A stretch of 64,000 bases of DNA from Thermoanaerobaculia bacterium (GTDB lineage: Bacteria > Acidobacteriota > Thermoanaerobaculia > Multivoradales > JAHEKO01), in assembly GCA_046756565.1 (NCBI GenBank), contig JBHHWO010000003.1, positions 144-64,143 of the forward strand, given 5' to 3'. Made by a program: the position numbers and the translations under genes. The notes beneath the pieces are model-generated. The model saw only the letters and a program-made list of their open reading frames with translations, did no database searches and had not been told where the DNA came from. Of the stretch, positions 1 to 9,317 are shown one piece after another. The stretch's first letter is position 1. The number at the start of each line of letters is the position of its first letter.

Positions 1-77
1 TTGCGTCGTGGGCGCCTTGGCAGCGCACACCATGACCTCGAGCCTTATGCACCGAACCACTGGGACAGGACACTAGC
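1..77. mobile_element. Right-hand part (including the right terminal inverted repeat) of a MITE-like repeat, truncated by the window edge
   Basis: nt 1-77 match nt 21236-21312 at 76 of 77 positions. The match ends with CGAACCACTGGGACAGGACACTAG, the right 24-bp TIR of the complete copy at 21144-21311 (one mismatch). Flanking sequence diverges immediately after ...CACTAG. Confidence 0.6.
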
Positions 78-270
78 AGCCCGTCGTAGAAGTCCAGATG
101 GTCGCGCGACAAGGTCTTACGGTACGCTTGCAAGGCACGAGGAGGACTCGATGCGGTGTCATCGTGGACGACGAGTAACGCCGCAGGCGTGCCGTAACCC
201 CTTGTCGCCCTGAGGGTTGCGGCGGCATGGGCGCTCGCAACGCGACCGTCTCGACTTCTACGACGGGCTG

Positions 271-903
271 CTAGTCTTTGCCAGGGACCGAGGGATTCAG
301 GGGATCGCGGCGCGTTCTCGGGTGAGGCGCCTGGATCTCGGCTTTCTCGTCCTCGATCTGGACCACGCCATTCAGAGGCTGGTCGGTAGTGATCGTTATC
401 GAGTAAAGCCCGGCAAGCTCGTCCCGCGGCGTGCGTGAGTCCTCGATCGCGAGAACATAGTGTCCCGGTCCACCGAGGGTTAGCGTCACGCTCTCGCCGC
501 CCGCCAGCCCCGCCATGTTCCAAGGGGCGAAGGAGTTGGTCAAGATGTTGGTGCCCGTCGTCGGATCGACGCCGGGCGCGAATAAGAACAGCTCCACATC
601 CAAGAAACCGTCGTCGTCGACCATGATCGTGATGCGGGTACCCGGACTCGGCACCGTCAGCCGCCACCAATCGCTGCCCGTGTTCTCCGGAGAACCGGGA
701 GGGCCCGTACCGAGTGCCCCTTGGAGCACGATCGGTGCGATCGACGCTTGCGCCCATGCGGTTCGCGTTCCGAAGAAGCTGCGAATTCCCGGACGCTGAT
801 ACGGCAGGGAACCGGCTACGGCACCCCCCACCATCCAGGCCGCTGCCCGGATCAGTTTGCGGCGCACCCTGAAGATGCCGACCGGCTCTTGGAGGTCTCC
901 CAT
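271..903 (-). CDS. Hypothetical secreted protein (N-terminal hydrophobic signal-like segment; beta-sandwich/PPC-like C-terminal region, tentative)
   Basis: 210-aa ORF with high third-position GC typical of real genes here. N-terminus ...LIRAAAWMVGGAVAGSLP resembles a signal peptide. No confident family assignment. Confidence 0.45.
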   Translation of the reverse strand: MGDLQEPVGIFRVRRKLIRAAAWMVGGAVAGSLPYQRPGIRSFFGTRTAWAQASIAPIVLQGALGTGPPGSPENTGSDWWRLTVPSPGTRITIMVDDDGFLDVELFLFAPGVDPTTGTNILTNSFAPWNMAGLAGGESVTLTLGGPGHYVLAIEDSRTPRDELAGLYSITITTDQPLNGVVQIEDEKAEIQAPHPRTRRDPLNPSVPGKD

Positions 904-957
904 TGCCCAATTACGGTGTGAACAGCTGCGACGAGACTCGCATACCTGACGGCAAAG

Positions 958-2232
958 TCAAGCGCCGTCGATCTCGAGTCCTTCGACCAGGAGAGTAGGC
1001 GATCCGAGATGGCCCGCCAGAGGGACGAATGTCAGGTCGCGGGCCACGCCCTGAATGCCACCGAGCAGACGACGCATCGAGCCTCTGAGCCGAGCGCGGG
1101 TTGTCGCACCCGTGGGCCGTCCTCCTCGTACCGCGAATCCGCCCACCACCAACTCGAAGCGACCGCTCTCCAGGTCGAAGCTGCCGGCATTCTGCGCCTC
1201 GAGCAGGTAGTAGCCGCGAGCGAGATCCGCGAGCAGGGCTCCGGCCGGCTGCTGCCTATTGGGATCGATGAACAGATGCGACGGTCCGATCGCGGGGACG
1301 TCACGATAGCTTTCGCGGCGCACACATCCCCAGCCGCGCCCGGTTTTCGCATCAGCGGTGGCTCCCAGTGCCGATCGCAACTCGCCGCCCTCGATCAACA
1401 CCGTGCGGCCGGTCGGCATGCCCTCGCCGTCGACGGGCGCGGCAAACAGCCCCTCGGGCAATCGGCCGTCATCGATGACCGTCAAGAGCGGCGACCCGAT
1501 ACGTCCGTCGGAAACCGCCAGGCCGACGGCGCGGTCTCGACCACCGAGCAGGACCGGCAGCAAGGCTCCGAGAATCCGGACCGCAACCGGCGGTGCCAAT
1601 AGAAGCACCCCGCGATCCCGCTCGGCCGCTCGGCCGTCGCGGCGTATCAACAGCCGGTCCGCCAGCCGCCGCGCGAGAGCACGCGGCGCGAAGCCCCTGG
1701 CGTTGCGCGCACCGACGAGCTCGGTCACCGCCTCCGTCCCGAGAGCAGCTTCGAGAAACAGAGTCGCCGTCCTCTGCCGCACCCCTTCCTCGACGCCACG
1801 CGTGTTCTCGATCTGCCCGTGGCTCTCGCCGTCCTCGAGCGAAGCGCGGAGCAGCCTCGCCTCCGGCAGCTCACGCGCCAGTTCCTTGCCACAGGCCTCC
1901 AGGATCTCGAGCGCTTCGTGCTCGACCGTGAGCGGCGAGCGAAGCTCGGCAGGCTCTCGCCAGTCGGCGACCGGGCGCGGACTGGGGAGCTTCACCGGAA
2001 AACCGTCGGGTCTCGGCCAGGGACCGATCTTGGGCTCGCCACTGCCGCAGCAGAACAAAGACGATTGGTCCCCGCTCGCGCGGATTGCCCAGCCTTGCTC
2101 GTGGTGGAGCGAGACTAAGCGCCCTTCCGGACCCAACGCGGCCCTGCGGCTCCTTCCCTCCTTCAGGTAGAGCTCGACGTCCTCGAGGCCCGACGGCAGC
2201 AGAGCTTCGGCAACCGCGCTCAGATTTGTCAC
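958..2232 (-). CDS. pmbA: TldD/PmbA-family metalloprotease, PmbA(TldE)-like partner subunit
   Basis: Paired immediately downstream of tldD. Lacks the HExxxH motif but has the conserved PmbA/TldD C-terminal region. I place the start at the GTG at 2232, whose GTGA overlaps the tldD stop (2229-2231); the ORF track extends to the ATG at 2310, which would overlap tldD by 82 bp with an Arg-rich, out-of-frame-looking N-terminus. Confidence 0.7.
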   Translation of the reverse strand: MTNLSAVAEALLPSGLEDVELYLKEGRSRRAALGPEGRLVSLHHEQGWAIRASGDQSSLFCCGSGEPKIGPWPRPDGFPVKLPSPRPVADWREPAELRSPLTVEHEALEILEACGKELARELPEARLLRASLEDGESHGQIENTRGVEEGVRQRTATLFLEAALGTEAVTELVGARNARGFAPRALARRLADRLLIRRDGRAAERDRGVLLLAPPVAVRILGALLPVLLGGRDRAVGLAVSDGRIGSPLLTVIDDGRLPEGLFAAPVDGEGMPTGRTVLIEGGELRSALGATADAKTGRGWGCVRRESYRDVPAIGPSHLFIDPNRQQPAGALLADLARGYYLLEAQNAGSFDLESGRFELVVGGFAVRGGRPTGATTRARLRGSMRRLLGGIQGVARDLTFVPLAGHLGSPTLLVEGLEIDGA

Positions 2233-3560
2233 GGTCCGGCCTCGAGTCCGGCCAGACGGAGGCCGGAACAGGTCGCCCAGACCGGCAGTCGCTGCCCGGC
2301 CTTGGCGCACCAGCCCGCTCCGGCGAACACCGAGCGGCTGCCGACGGCCTCCACCGCGGCCAGAATCTCCCTGACCTTGCCGCGTAGAGTCGAGCGGCCC
2401 ACCCAGTCGGCCAGCTCTCCGGACCGGAACCGCCGGCCGTAGGGGAACTCGACGGTGAGCTCGCCCGACAGCGGGTCCAGACGTCCTCTTGAGATCTCGG
2501 GCAGATAGACGCCTTTCTTGCCGGCGAGAAGATCTTGGTCACTACTCTCGCCGGCCAAGAGCTCGAGATGCGTCGATCGAGGCCCGGGCGGCACGTGACG
2601 GCTCTCCCGCCGTGCGGCTCCGGGCAGCAGATGAGACGACAGGCCGGCATGAAATCGATCCGCCAGCGGCTGGCTGACCTCGCCCCGTTGTAGGAGCCAG
2701 CGCTTGAGCACCGGCAGGCCCTCGTCATCGGTGGTCCGCCGGAGTCCCTCCGGCAGATCGCCGGGACTGTCCAAGACGTCGAGCAGCTCGCTTCCCAGAG
2801 AGACTCCTATGGCGGCTTCCGGGCGCCCACTCAGTACCAAGGTATCGGTCTCGAGCGCGTGCGCAACCGCCTCGTGGAGCAAGACCGCGGTCGCCGCCGG
2901 CCCCAGCACCAGAGGACCCGCAAAGTGCCGCATCGGCTTGTGCGCACGTGCCTGGAAGCGGCCGATCAGGCAGTCGGCGATTCCGGCCGCGGCGTCGGCG
3001 CCGAGATCGGCGGACAGCGAGCCGAACCTGCCCCACGGTGTGGAGACGTCGAAGCTGAACAGCGTCTCGGTCTCGGCGCCGGGGACCAGTCGGCGTCCGA
3101 CGATCTGAAGCTCGCGGCGGAGCCGGGCGAGTCTGAGCCGGAACTCGAATGCGGAGTGACGCTCGCGCACCCGTTGGCGGATGAGCGCGGCGAACCCTGC
3201 AAGTTCCTGATAGTCCGGCTCGCTTCCGGCGTCGATAGGACCTCCGAATGCCTCGGGCGGCGCCAGCTGGGGCACGCGATACGGCGCCGCCGGAGACACG
3301 CGCGCGACGTCTCGCAGAGCCGACTCCAGGGCGCGTGTTCCGAACCCGTCCCGCGCCGCCAGATACGTCTGTCCCTCCCGAACCAAGCGGACCGCGAAGC
3401 CCTGATCGCGGCGCTCGACGACGCCGGGTCCGGGCTCCTCAGAGCGCAGCTCGGACTCCAGCTTGCGCTCCAGGAAGAGATCGATCGCGTCGGCATCGGC
3501 GTCCGCGACCTGCGCGAGACAGCGGCCCAAAGCGCTCGAATCCGCCTCCGAAAACCACAT
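2229..3560 (-). CDS. tldD: Metalloprotease TldD
   Basis: 443 aa. Contains [11 protein letters not shown] (HExxxH zinc motif of TldD), followed by the PmbA-type paralog. Confidence 0.85.
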   Translation of the reverse strand: MWFSEADSSALGRCLAQVADADADAIDLFLERKLESELRSEEPGPGVVERRDQGFAVRLVREGQTYLAARDGFGTRALESALRDVARVSPAAPYRVPQLAPPEAFGGPIDAGSEPDYQELAGFAALIRQRVRERHSAFEFRLRLARLRRELQIVGRRLVPGAETETLFSFDVSTPWGRFGSLSADLGADAAAGIADCLIGRFQARAHKPMRHFAGPLVLGPAATAVLLHEAVAHALETDTLVLSGRPEAAIGVSLGSELLDVLDSPGDLPEGLRRTTDDEGLPVLKRWLLQRGEVSQPLADRFHAGLSSHLLPGAARRESRHVPPGPRSTHLELLAGESSDQDLLAGKKGVYLPEISRGRLDPLSGELTVEFPYGRRFRSGELADWVGRSTLRGKVREILAAVEAVGSRSVFAGAGWCAKAGQRLPVWATCSGLRLAGLEAGP

Positions 3561-3663
3561 CGAAAAATTGTTTCACAGCGAAGCGGAGCGGCCGGCAAAC
3601 AGCGGTTCGCCGGGTAAGATACCCGCAGGCGCCGCTCCGGCTCCTCCGCCCGCAGCCCACTCG

Positions 3664-5235
3664 ATGTCAGAGAGCACCAAGAGCGCATCCCGCCCGGCAC
3701 CTCGAGACGAGCTCGAGCGGCGCTTGAAGGCGGCCAGAGACGGCGGCGGCCAGGCGCGAATCGAACGCCAGCACGCCTCAGGCAAGCTCACGGCTCGCGA
3801 GCGCGTCGAGCTGCTGCTCGATCCCGGGTCCTTCGTCGAGCTCGACGCCCTGGTAACCCATCGCTGCCGGGATTTCGGCATGGAAGAGAAGACGATTCCC
3901 GGCGACGGCGTGGTCTCGGGCTACGGCACGATCGAGGACCGCACGATGTACGTCTTTGCGCAGGACTTCACGGTGTTCGGAGGATCCCTGTCCGAGACCA
4001 ATGCCGGGAAGATCTGCAAGATCATGGATCTGGCGCTCGAGAATGGTGCGCCGGTCATCGGGCTGAATGACTCCGGCGGAGCGCGGATTCAGGAAGGTGT
4101 CGCCTCGCTCGGCGGCTACGCCGACATCTTCCTGCGCAACACCCTGGCCTCCGGTGTAATCCCCCAGATCAGCGCAATCATGGGCCCGTGCGCAGGCGGA
4201 GCCGTCTACTCGCCGGCGATCACGGATTTCACGTTCATGGTCGATCAAACGAGCTACATGTTCGTGACCGGCCCAGACGTGATCAAGACGGTCACTCACG
4301 AGGAGGTCACCAAGGAGGAGCTCGGCGGCGCCAACACCCACGGCTCGAGGAGCGGCGTCAGTCACTTCACGGTCGCCAACGACGCCGCCTGCCTGCTGGC
4401 GATACGCGAGCTTCTCTCCTATCTCCCGAGCAACAACCTGGAAGATCCGCCCACTTCGGCCAGCGACGACCCCAGCGACCGGGAAGACGACTCCCTGGAT
4501 TCGCTTATTCCCATGGACCCGAACAAGCCGTATGACATCAAGCACCTGATCGCCGGCATCGTCGACGACGGCAGGTTCTTCGAGATCCACACCGACTACG
4601 CCAAGAACATCGTCGTCGGCTTCGCCCGGTTCGGCAATCACAGCGTCGGAATCGTCGCCAATCAGCCCGCCTATCTTGCGGGGGTTCTCGACATCGACGC
4701 GTCGCTCAAGGGTGCGCGCTTCGTCAGGTTTTGCGACGCCTTCAACATTCCCCTGGTCACACTCGAGGACGTACCCGGCTTTCTTCCGGGCACACAGCAG
4801 GAATTCGGAGGAATCATCAAACACGGCGCAAAGCTGCTGTTCGCGTTCGCCGAGGCCACCGTACCCAAAATCACCGTGATCACCCGCAAGGCCTACGGCG
4901 GCGCCTATTGCGTCATGGCCAGCAAGCACCTGCGCACCGACGTCAATCTCGCTTATCCCACCGCCGAGATCGCAGTGATGGGGCCGGAGGGTGCCGTAAA
5001 CATCCTCTACAAGCGTGAGCTTGGAGCGACCGATGACCCCGGCGCGCTGCGCGGCGAGAAGGTGAGCGAGTACCGGAGCAAGTTTTCGAATCCCTTCATT
5101 GCTGCCGAAAGGGGATTCCTGGACGCGGTGATCGAGCCGAGATGCACCCGGACCCACGTCATCCGCGCGCTTCGCCAACTGCGCGGAAAACGGCAGGGAA
5201 TCCCGAAGAAAAAGCACGGCAACATTCCGCTCTGA
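3664..5235 (+). CDS. pccB: Acyl-CoA (propionyl-CoA/methylmalonyl-CoA-type) carboxylase carboxyltransferase beta subunit
   Basis: MSESTKS...[26 protein letters not shown]...[29 protein letters not shown] aligns with the PccB/AccD5 N-terminus. The track ORF starts at 3463, but the homologous N-terminus begins at the ATG at 3664. Confidence 0.85.
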   Translation: MSESTKSASRPAPRDELERRLKAARDGGGQARIERQHASGKLTARERVELLLDPGSFVELDALVTHRCRDFGMEEKTIPGDGVVSGYGTIEDRTMYVFAQDFTVFGGSLSETNAGKICKIMDLALENGAPVIGLNDSGGARIQEGVASLGGYADIFLRNTLASGVIPQISAIMGPCAGGAVYSPAITDFTFMVDQTSYMFVTGPDVIKTVTHEEVTKEELGGANTHGSRSGVSHFTVANDAACLLAIRELLSYLPSNNLEDPPTSASDDPSDREDDSLDSLIPMDPNKPYDIKHLIAGIVDDGRFFEIHTDYAKNIVVGFARFGNHSVGIVANQPAYLAGVLDIDASLKGARFVRFCDAFNIPLVTLEDVPGFLPGTQQEFGGIIKHGAKLLFAFAEATVPKITVITRKAYGGAYCVMASKHLRTDVNLAYPTAEIAVMGPEGAVNILYKRELGATDDPGALRGEKVSEYRSKFSNPFIAAERGFLDAVIEPRCTRTHVIRALRQLRGKRQGIPKKKHGNIPL

Positions 5236-5443
5236 AGCCGCGCGAGATCGACCTGACGTAGTCGCTTCGCTCGCTTGACAGCCCCGGGCTCGTGGGACAA
5301 GCTCCATGGCCTGAATTCAGCGGGTTCCCGAACAAATCACGCGGGCGCTCCACCCAAGGAGAGACATGCGAGAAAAAGACAGAGCGCTTCGGCGGAGACG
5401 CCAACGGCGTCTGAAACGACTCAAGAAACGGCGGCGCGAGATC

Positions 5444-5854
5444 ATGGCCTCGGTCAAGACCACGCGCCGCAAGGCTTCGAAGCGCTCGAAAGCCGATGCG
5501 CCCGCGAAGGTAACCGAGCCGGTCGTAGAAGAAGCCGCTCCGGAGGCCGCGGACGAAGCCGCTACCGAAACCGCAGAAGCCGCCGCAGCCGAGGCCGCTC
5601 CCGAAAAGACCACCGCCAAGAAGAAGACCGCGGCCAAGAAGAAGACCACCGCCAAGAAGAAGACCGCAGCCAAGAAGACCGCCAAGAAGAAGGCCGTAGC
5701 CAAGAAGACCGCCAAGAAGAAGACCACCAAGAAGAAGACCACCAAGAAGAAGACCGCAGGCAAGAAGAAGACCACCGCCAAGAAAACCACCAAATCCGCG
5801 AAGAAAAAGACCGCGAAGAAGAAGACCACTAAGAAAACCACCAAGTCGGACTGA
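5444..5854 (+). CDS. Histone H1-like lysine/alanine-rich DNA-binding protein (Hc1/AlgP-like) with KKKTAAK tandem repeats
   Basis: [15 protein letters not shown]... then an acidic/Ala-rich stretch and more than 15 imperfect KKKT(A/T)AKK repeats. The coding frame has high GC3. The upstream in-frame extension from 5366 uses rare AGA/CGA/AAA codons, so I start at the ATG at 5444. Confidence 0.6.
   Translation: MASVKTTRRKASKRSKADAPAKVTEPVVEEAAPEAADEAATETAEAAAAEAAPEKTTAKKKTAAKKKTTAKKKTAAKKTAKKKAVAKKTAKKKTTKKKTTKKKTAGKKKTTAKKTTKSAKKKTAKKKTTKKTTKSD
5611..5850 (+). repeat. Imperfect tandem repeat (18-21-nt units AAGAAGAAGACCGCnGCCAAG) inside the H1-like gene
   Basis: Direct reading of nt 5611-5850. 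The mirror strand gives the spurious FFLAVFF ORF 5317..6807. Confidence 0.8.
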
Positions 5855-5865
5855 TTCCGCGCCTC

Positions 5866-7110
5866 ATGATCGACCGACGCAGCATCGCCGAAGCGGATCC
5901 CGAAGTACAGCGTGCCATCTCGGGAGAAAAGACTCGGCAGAACCGGAGCCTCGAGTTGATCGCCTCGGAGAACTTCGCGAGCGCCGCGGTGCTCGAGGCG
6001 GCCGGCTCGGTACTGACCAACAAGTACGCGGAAGGCTATCCGGGAAGGCGCTACTACGGCGGCTGTGAGTGGGTGGACGAAGCCGAGCGGCTCGCGATCG
6101 CCCGCGCCAAAGAGCTCTTCGGCGCCGAGCGCGCTAACGTTCAGCCCCACAGCGGCACCCAGGCCAACGCCGCGGTCTACTTCGCAACGCTCGCGCCAGG
6201 CGACGTGCTGATGGGAATGGATCTGTCGAGCGGCGGCCATCTGACGCACGGTCATCATCTCTCCTACTCCGGCCGTGACTTCGAGGTCGTGGCCTATGGC
6301 GTCGATCGGGAAACCGAGCGCGTCGACTATGAACACGTCGCCGAGGTGGCGCGCGAGCACAGACCGAAGCTGATCGTCTGCGGTGCCAGCGCCTACAGCC
6401 GCACACTGGACTTCGAGAAGTTTCGCGCGGTCGCGGACGAGGTCGACGCGCTGCTGATGGCCGACATCGCACACATCGCGGGGCTGGTCGCCACCGGCCT
6501 GCACCCGTCGCCGGTGCCGCATTGTCACTTCGTCACGACCACCACTCACAAGACGCTGCGTGGCCCGCGTGGCGGCCTCATCCTGTCGACCAAGGAGCAC
6601 GTCAAGCAGATCAATCGTGCGGTGTTCCCGGGCATGCAGGGTGGTCCCTTGATGCATGTGATTGCCGCCAAGGCGGTGGCCCTGGGAGAGGCTCTGCGCC
6701 CCGAGTTTCGCGACTATCAGGCCCAGATCATTCGCAACGCCAAAGCATTGTCGGCGGCCCTCGCCGAGAACGGTCTGCGTATCGTTTCCGGAGGAACCGA
6801 CAATCACGTGTTCCTCGTCGACGTGACCTCGGTCGGCATCACCGGCAAGATCGCCGAAGAGGCGCTCGAGCGGGCCGACATCACGGTCAACAAGAACACC
6901 ATTCCCTACGACGAGAACCCACCTCTGGTGGCCTCCGGCATCCGGATCGGGACCCCGGCCCTGACCACTCGTGCAATGACCGAGAGCGAGATGGGGACGA
7001 TCGCCGGCTGGATGGCGCGCGTCCTGGCGGCGCCCGACGACGAGTCACTCGCGGAAAGCGTTCGCCGAGAGGTACACGAGCTCTGCGGGCGGTTTCCGCT
7101 CTACGCCTGA
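5866..7110 (+). CDS. glyA: Serine hydroxymethyltransferase
   Basis: Full-length SHMT signature: ...LIASENFAS..., ...[15 protein letters not shown]..., [14 protein letters not shown]. Confidence 0.95.
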   Translation: MIDRRSIAEADPEVQRAISGEKTRQNRSLELIASENFASAAVLEAAGSVLTNKYAEGYPGRRYYGGCEWVDEAERLAIARAKELFGAERANVQPHSGTQANAAVYFATLAPGDVLMGMDLSSGGHLTHGHHLSYSGRDFEVVAYGVDRETERVDYEHVAEVAREHRPKLIVCGASAYSRTLDFEKFRAVADEVDALLMADIAHIAGLVATGLHPSPVPHCHFVTTTTHKTLRGPRGGLILSTKEHVKQINRAVFPGMQGGPLMHVIAAKAVALGEALRPEFRDYQAQIIRNAKALSAALAENGLRIVSGGTDNHVFLVDVTSVGITGKIAEEALERADITVNKNTIPYDENPPLVASGIRIGTPALTTRAMTESEMGTIAGWMARVLAAPDDESLAESVRREVHELCGRFPLYA

Positions 7111-8429
7111 GCTTGCGGATCCGGCGGATAGAGCGCCTCTGACGCGCGCGACGGTAGGCCGAAGCGCTCGCGAAGCGCGGTTCTCGCCCAGCCCACGAGG
7201 TAGAGCGACCCGCAGACGACCAGGGGCGCATCACCGTCCAGAAGCGCCTCCAGCGCCTTTTCGCGCTCCGCTTCTACCTGGACTTCGCGATGCGGCAGCC
7301 ACGGCCGCAGAGTCTCCGGATCCAGCGCTCGATCGCTGGGTGGCGAGGTCAAGACGATCCTCGCCGCCGTCATCGACACCGCCTCGAGCACCGCCCGGGC
7401 GTCCTTGTCCGACAGGATGCCGAACAGGAGATCGAAGTCACCTTGGATCGCAGTCAAGAACTCCGCAAGAGCCTTCGCGCCCTGGGGATTATGGGCAGCG
7501 TCGAGCCATACCGTCTTTCCGGTCGGCAGCACCACCTTTTCGAGACGCCCGGGCCAGCGACAGCGCCGCACGCCCTCTTCGATGGCCGGCCGGTCGAGAC
7601 CGCTCCAGCCTTCCGCCGCCAGCCGTTCGGCGGCTGCGACGGCCACCAGCAGATTGCGCAACTGGTGCTCGCCTGGCAGAGCCAGCTCGAGCTCGTAGCG
7701 TGCTGCCCGGGTCTGAACGCGCACGAACTGACCGTGGTCCCGAGGCTCCGAGCTGACCCGTTGGATCGAGTCGGCGACTTCCTGCAGCGGCGTACCCAGC
7801 TCGTGTGCGTGAGCGGCGAGTCCATCCCGTGCCTCGGCGGCAGTCGCGCCACTCAGGGCAGCCACGCCGGGCCGGAAGATTCCGGCCTTTTCCCGCGCGA
7901 TCGCCCCGAGCGTTTCTCCCAGCTGCGTTGAGTGATCGATGCCGATCTCGGTCACCACCGAAAGGCTGGGCGAGCAGGAGTTGGTCGCGTCCAGCCTCCC
8001 CCCCATGCCGACTTCGAAGACCGCCAGATCGACTTCGGACCGCGCGAACCAGAGAACGCCTGCCAGAGTCAGCGCCTCGAAGTAGGTTGGCGGCTCGAGG
8101 CCAGCCGTCTCCGCGTTGCCGAGTATCTCCCGCAGAAGATCGGCCAGCGCGGATCGTCCTATCGCAACGCCGTCGATTCTCAACCTCTCCTCGACCGACT
8201 CGAGGTGAGGCGAGGTGAACAGACCTGTGCGGTAGGCACCGGCAGCGACGATGGAGGCCAGAAGAGCTGCGGTCGAGCCCTTGCCGTTGGTTCCTGCGAC
8301 CAGAATCGTCGAAAAGGTCCGCTCGGGACGCCCGAAGTGGTCGAGCAGGTTCTCGACCCGTCCGAGCTCGAGACGCACTCCCCAGCTCTCGAGGACACCC
8401 AGAATACGGTCCGGGTCGCGTTCGACCAT
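7101..8429 (-). CDS. folC: Dihydrofolate synthase/folylpolyglutamate synthase
   Basis: Mur-ligase fold with P-loop [10 protein letters not shown]; conserved accD-folC adjacency; 10-bp convergent overlap with glyA. Confidence 0.9.
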   Translation of the reverse strand: MVERDPDRILGVLESWGVRLELGRVENLLDHFGRPERTFSTILVAGTNGKGSTAALLASIVAAGAYRTGLFTSPHLESVEERLRIDGVAIGRSALADLLREILGNAETAGLEPPTYFEALTLAGVLWFARSEVDLAVFEVGMGGRLDATNSCSPSLSVVTEIGIDHSTQLGETLGAIAREKAGIFRPGVAALSGATAAEARDGLAAHAHELGTPLQEVADSIQRVSSEPRDHGQFVRVQTRAARYELELALPGEHQLRNLLVAVAAAERLAAEGWSGLDRPAIEEGVRRCRWPGRLEKVVLPTGKTVWLDAAHNPQGAKALAEFLTAIQGDFDLLFGILSDKDARAVLEAVSMTAARIVLTSPPSDRALDPETLRPWLPHREVQVEAEREKALEALLDGDAPLVVCGSLYLVGWARTALRERFGLPSRASEALYPPDPQAQA

Positions 8430-8440
8430 TCCTGGGCGGG

Positions 8441-9295
8441 CTAGCTCCGCTGGCCGAGATGGCGCAAACAGGTCGCCAGCGTTCTCTTGAGCTGGCTGCG
8501 CTCGACGACCAGATCCAGAAAACCGTGCTCCAGCAGAAACTCGCTGGTCTGGAAACCCTCGGGAAGGCTCTCGCGGATCGTCTGCTGAATGACTCGCGGC
8601 CCGGCGAACCCGATTAGGGCGCCGGGCTCGGCGACGTTCAGATCGCCCAGCATGCCGAACGATGCGGTCACTCCGCCGGTGGTGGGATCGGTCAGAACCG
8701 ACAGGAACGGAATCCCTTTGTCACGGAGCCTCGCGAGCGCAGCCGAGATCTTTGCCATCTGCATCAGCGACACGACCCCCTCTTGCATCCGGGCACCCCC
8801 GGAGGCCGACACAACGACCAGGCCGCACTTGCGCTTCGAAGCGTACTCCGCCGCTCGGGCGATCTTCTCGCCGACTACCGACCCCATCGAACCGCCCATG
8901 AAGCGGTACTCCATCACCGCGACCACGGCCGGCACGCCTTCGAGATGGCCCTCCACGACGATCACGGCCTCCTCCTCGCCGCTCGTCTTCGAGTTGTCCT
9001 TGACGCGGTCCCGGTAACTCACACGGTCCCGGAACTTCAGCGGGTCCGCCGGAAGCAGACCGCGGAACAGCTCCGTGGGCTGGTCCTCATCGAGCAGAAG
9101 TCGGATCCTCGCGCGGCTGTGGATGCGGAAGTGGTGGCCGCATTTCGGACAGATCTGGAGATTCCGCTCGAGCTCCTTGGAGTAGATGATCTCCCGGCAT
9201 CCGTCGCAACGCACCCACAGTCCCTCGGGGACCGTGCTCCGGGGCCGTTCGGAACCGGCGCTGCGGGGCTTCTTCGATTTGCGGAACCAGGCCAT
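8441..9295 (-). CDS. accD: Acetyl-CoA carboxylase carboxyltransferase beta subunit
   Basis: N-terminal Zn ribbon CDGC...CPKC and a carboxyltransferase domain; 12 bp upstream of folC. Confidence 0.9.
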   Translation of the reverse strand: MAWFRKSKKPRSAGSERPRSTVPEGLWVRCDGCREIIYSKELERNLQICPKCGHHFRIHSRARIRLLLDEDQPTELFRGLLPADPLKFRDRVSYRDRVKDNSKTSGEEEAVIVVEGHLEGVPAVVAVMEYRFMGGSMGSVVGEKIARAAEYASKRKCGLVVVSASGGARMQEGVVSLMQMAKISAALARLRDKGIPFLSVLTDPTTGGVTASFGMLGDLNVAEPGALIGFAGPRVIQQTIRESLPEGFQTSEFLLEHGFLDLVVERSQLKRTLATCLRHLGQRS

Positions 9296-9317
9296 CGGTA
9301 TGCGAAGACTACCCGGT

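Noticed and set aside
1-213. ORF-track ORFs 1..213(+) and 21236..21430(+) beginning MRRGRLGSAHHDLEPYAPNHWDRTL
   Set aside because: Their shared N-terminus is just the translated MITE-like repeat. They diverge after the repeat and have no coding signal.
3463-3663. Upstream extension of the pccB ORF
   Set aside because: The PccB-homologous N-terminus (MSES...KLTARER...) starts at 3664. The extension lies in the divergent tldD/pccB promoter region and has no homology.
5317-6807. 496-aa minus-strand ORF with FFLAVFF repeats
   Set aside because: It is antisense to the Lys-repeat H1-like gene (AAGAAG read as CTTCTT) and to glyA, which has unambiguous SHMT homology. It is a mirror-frame artefact of high GC.
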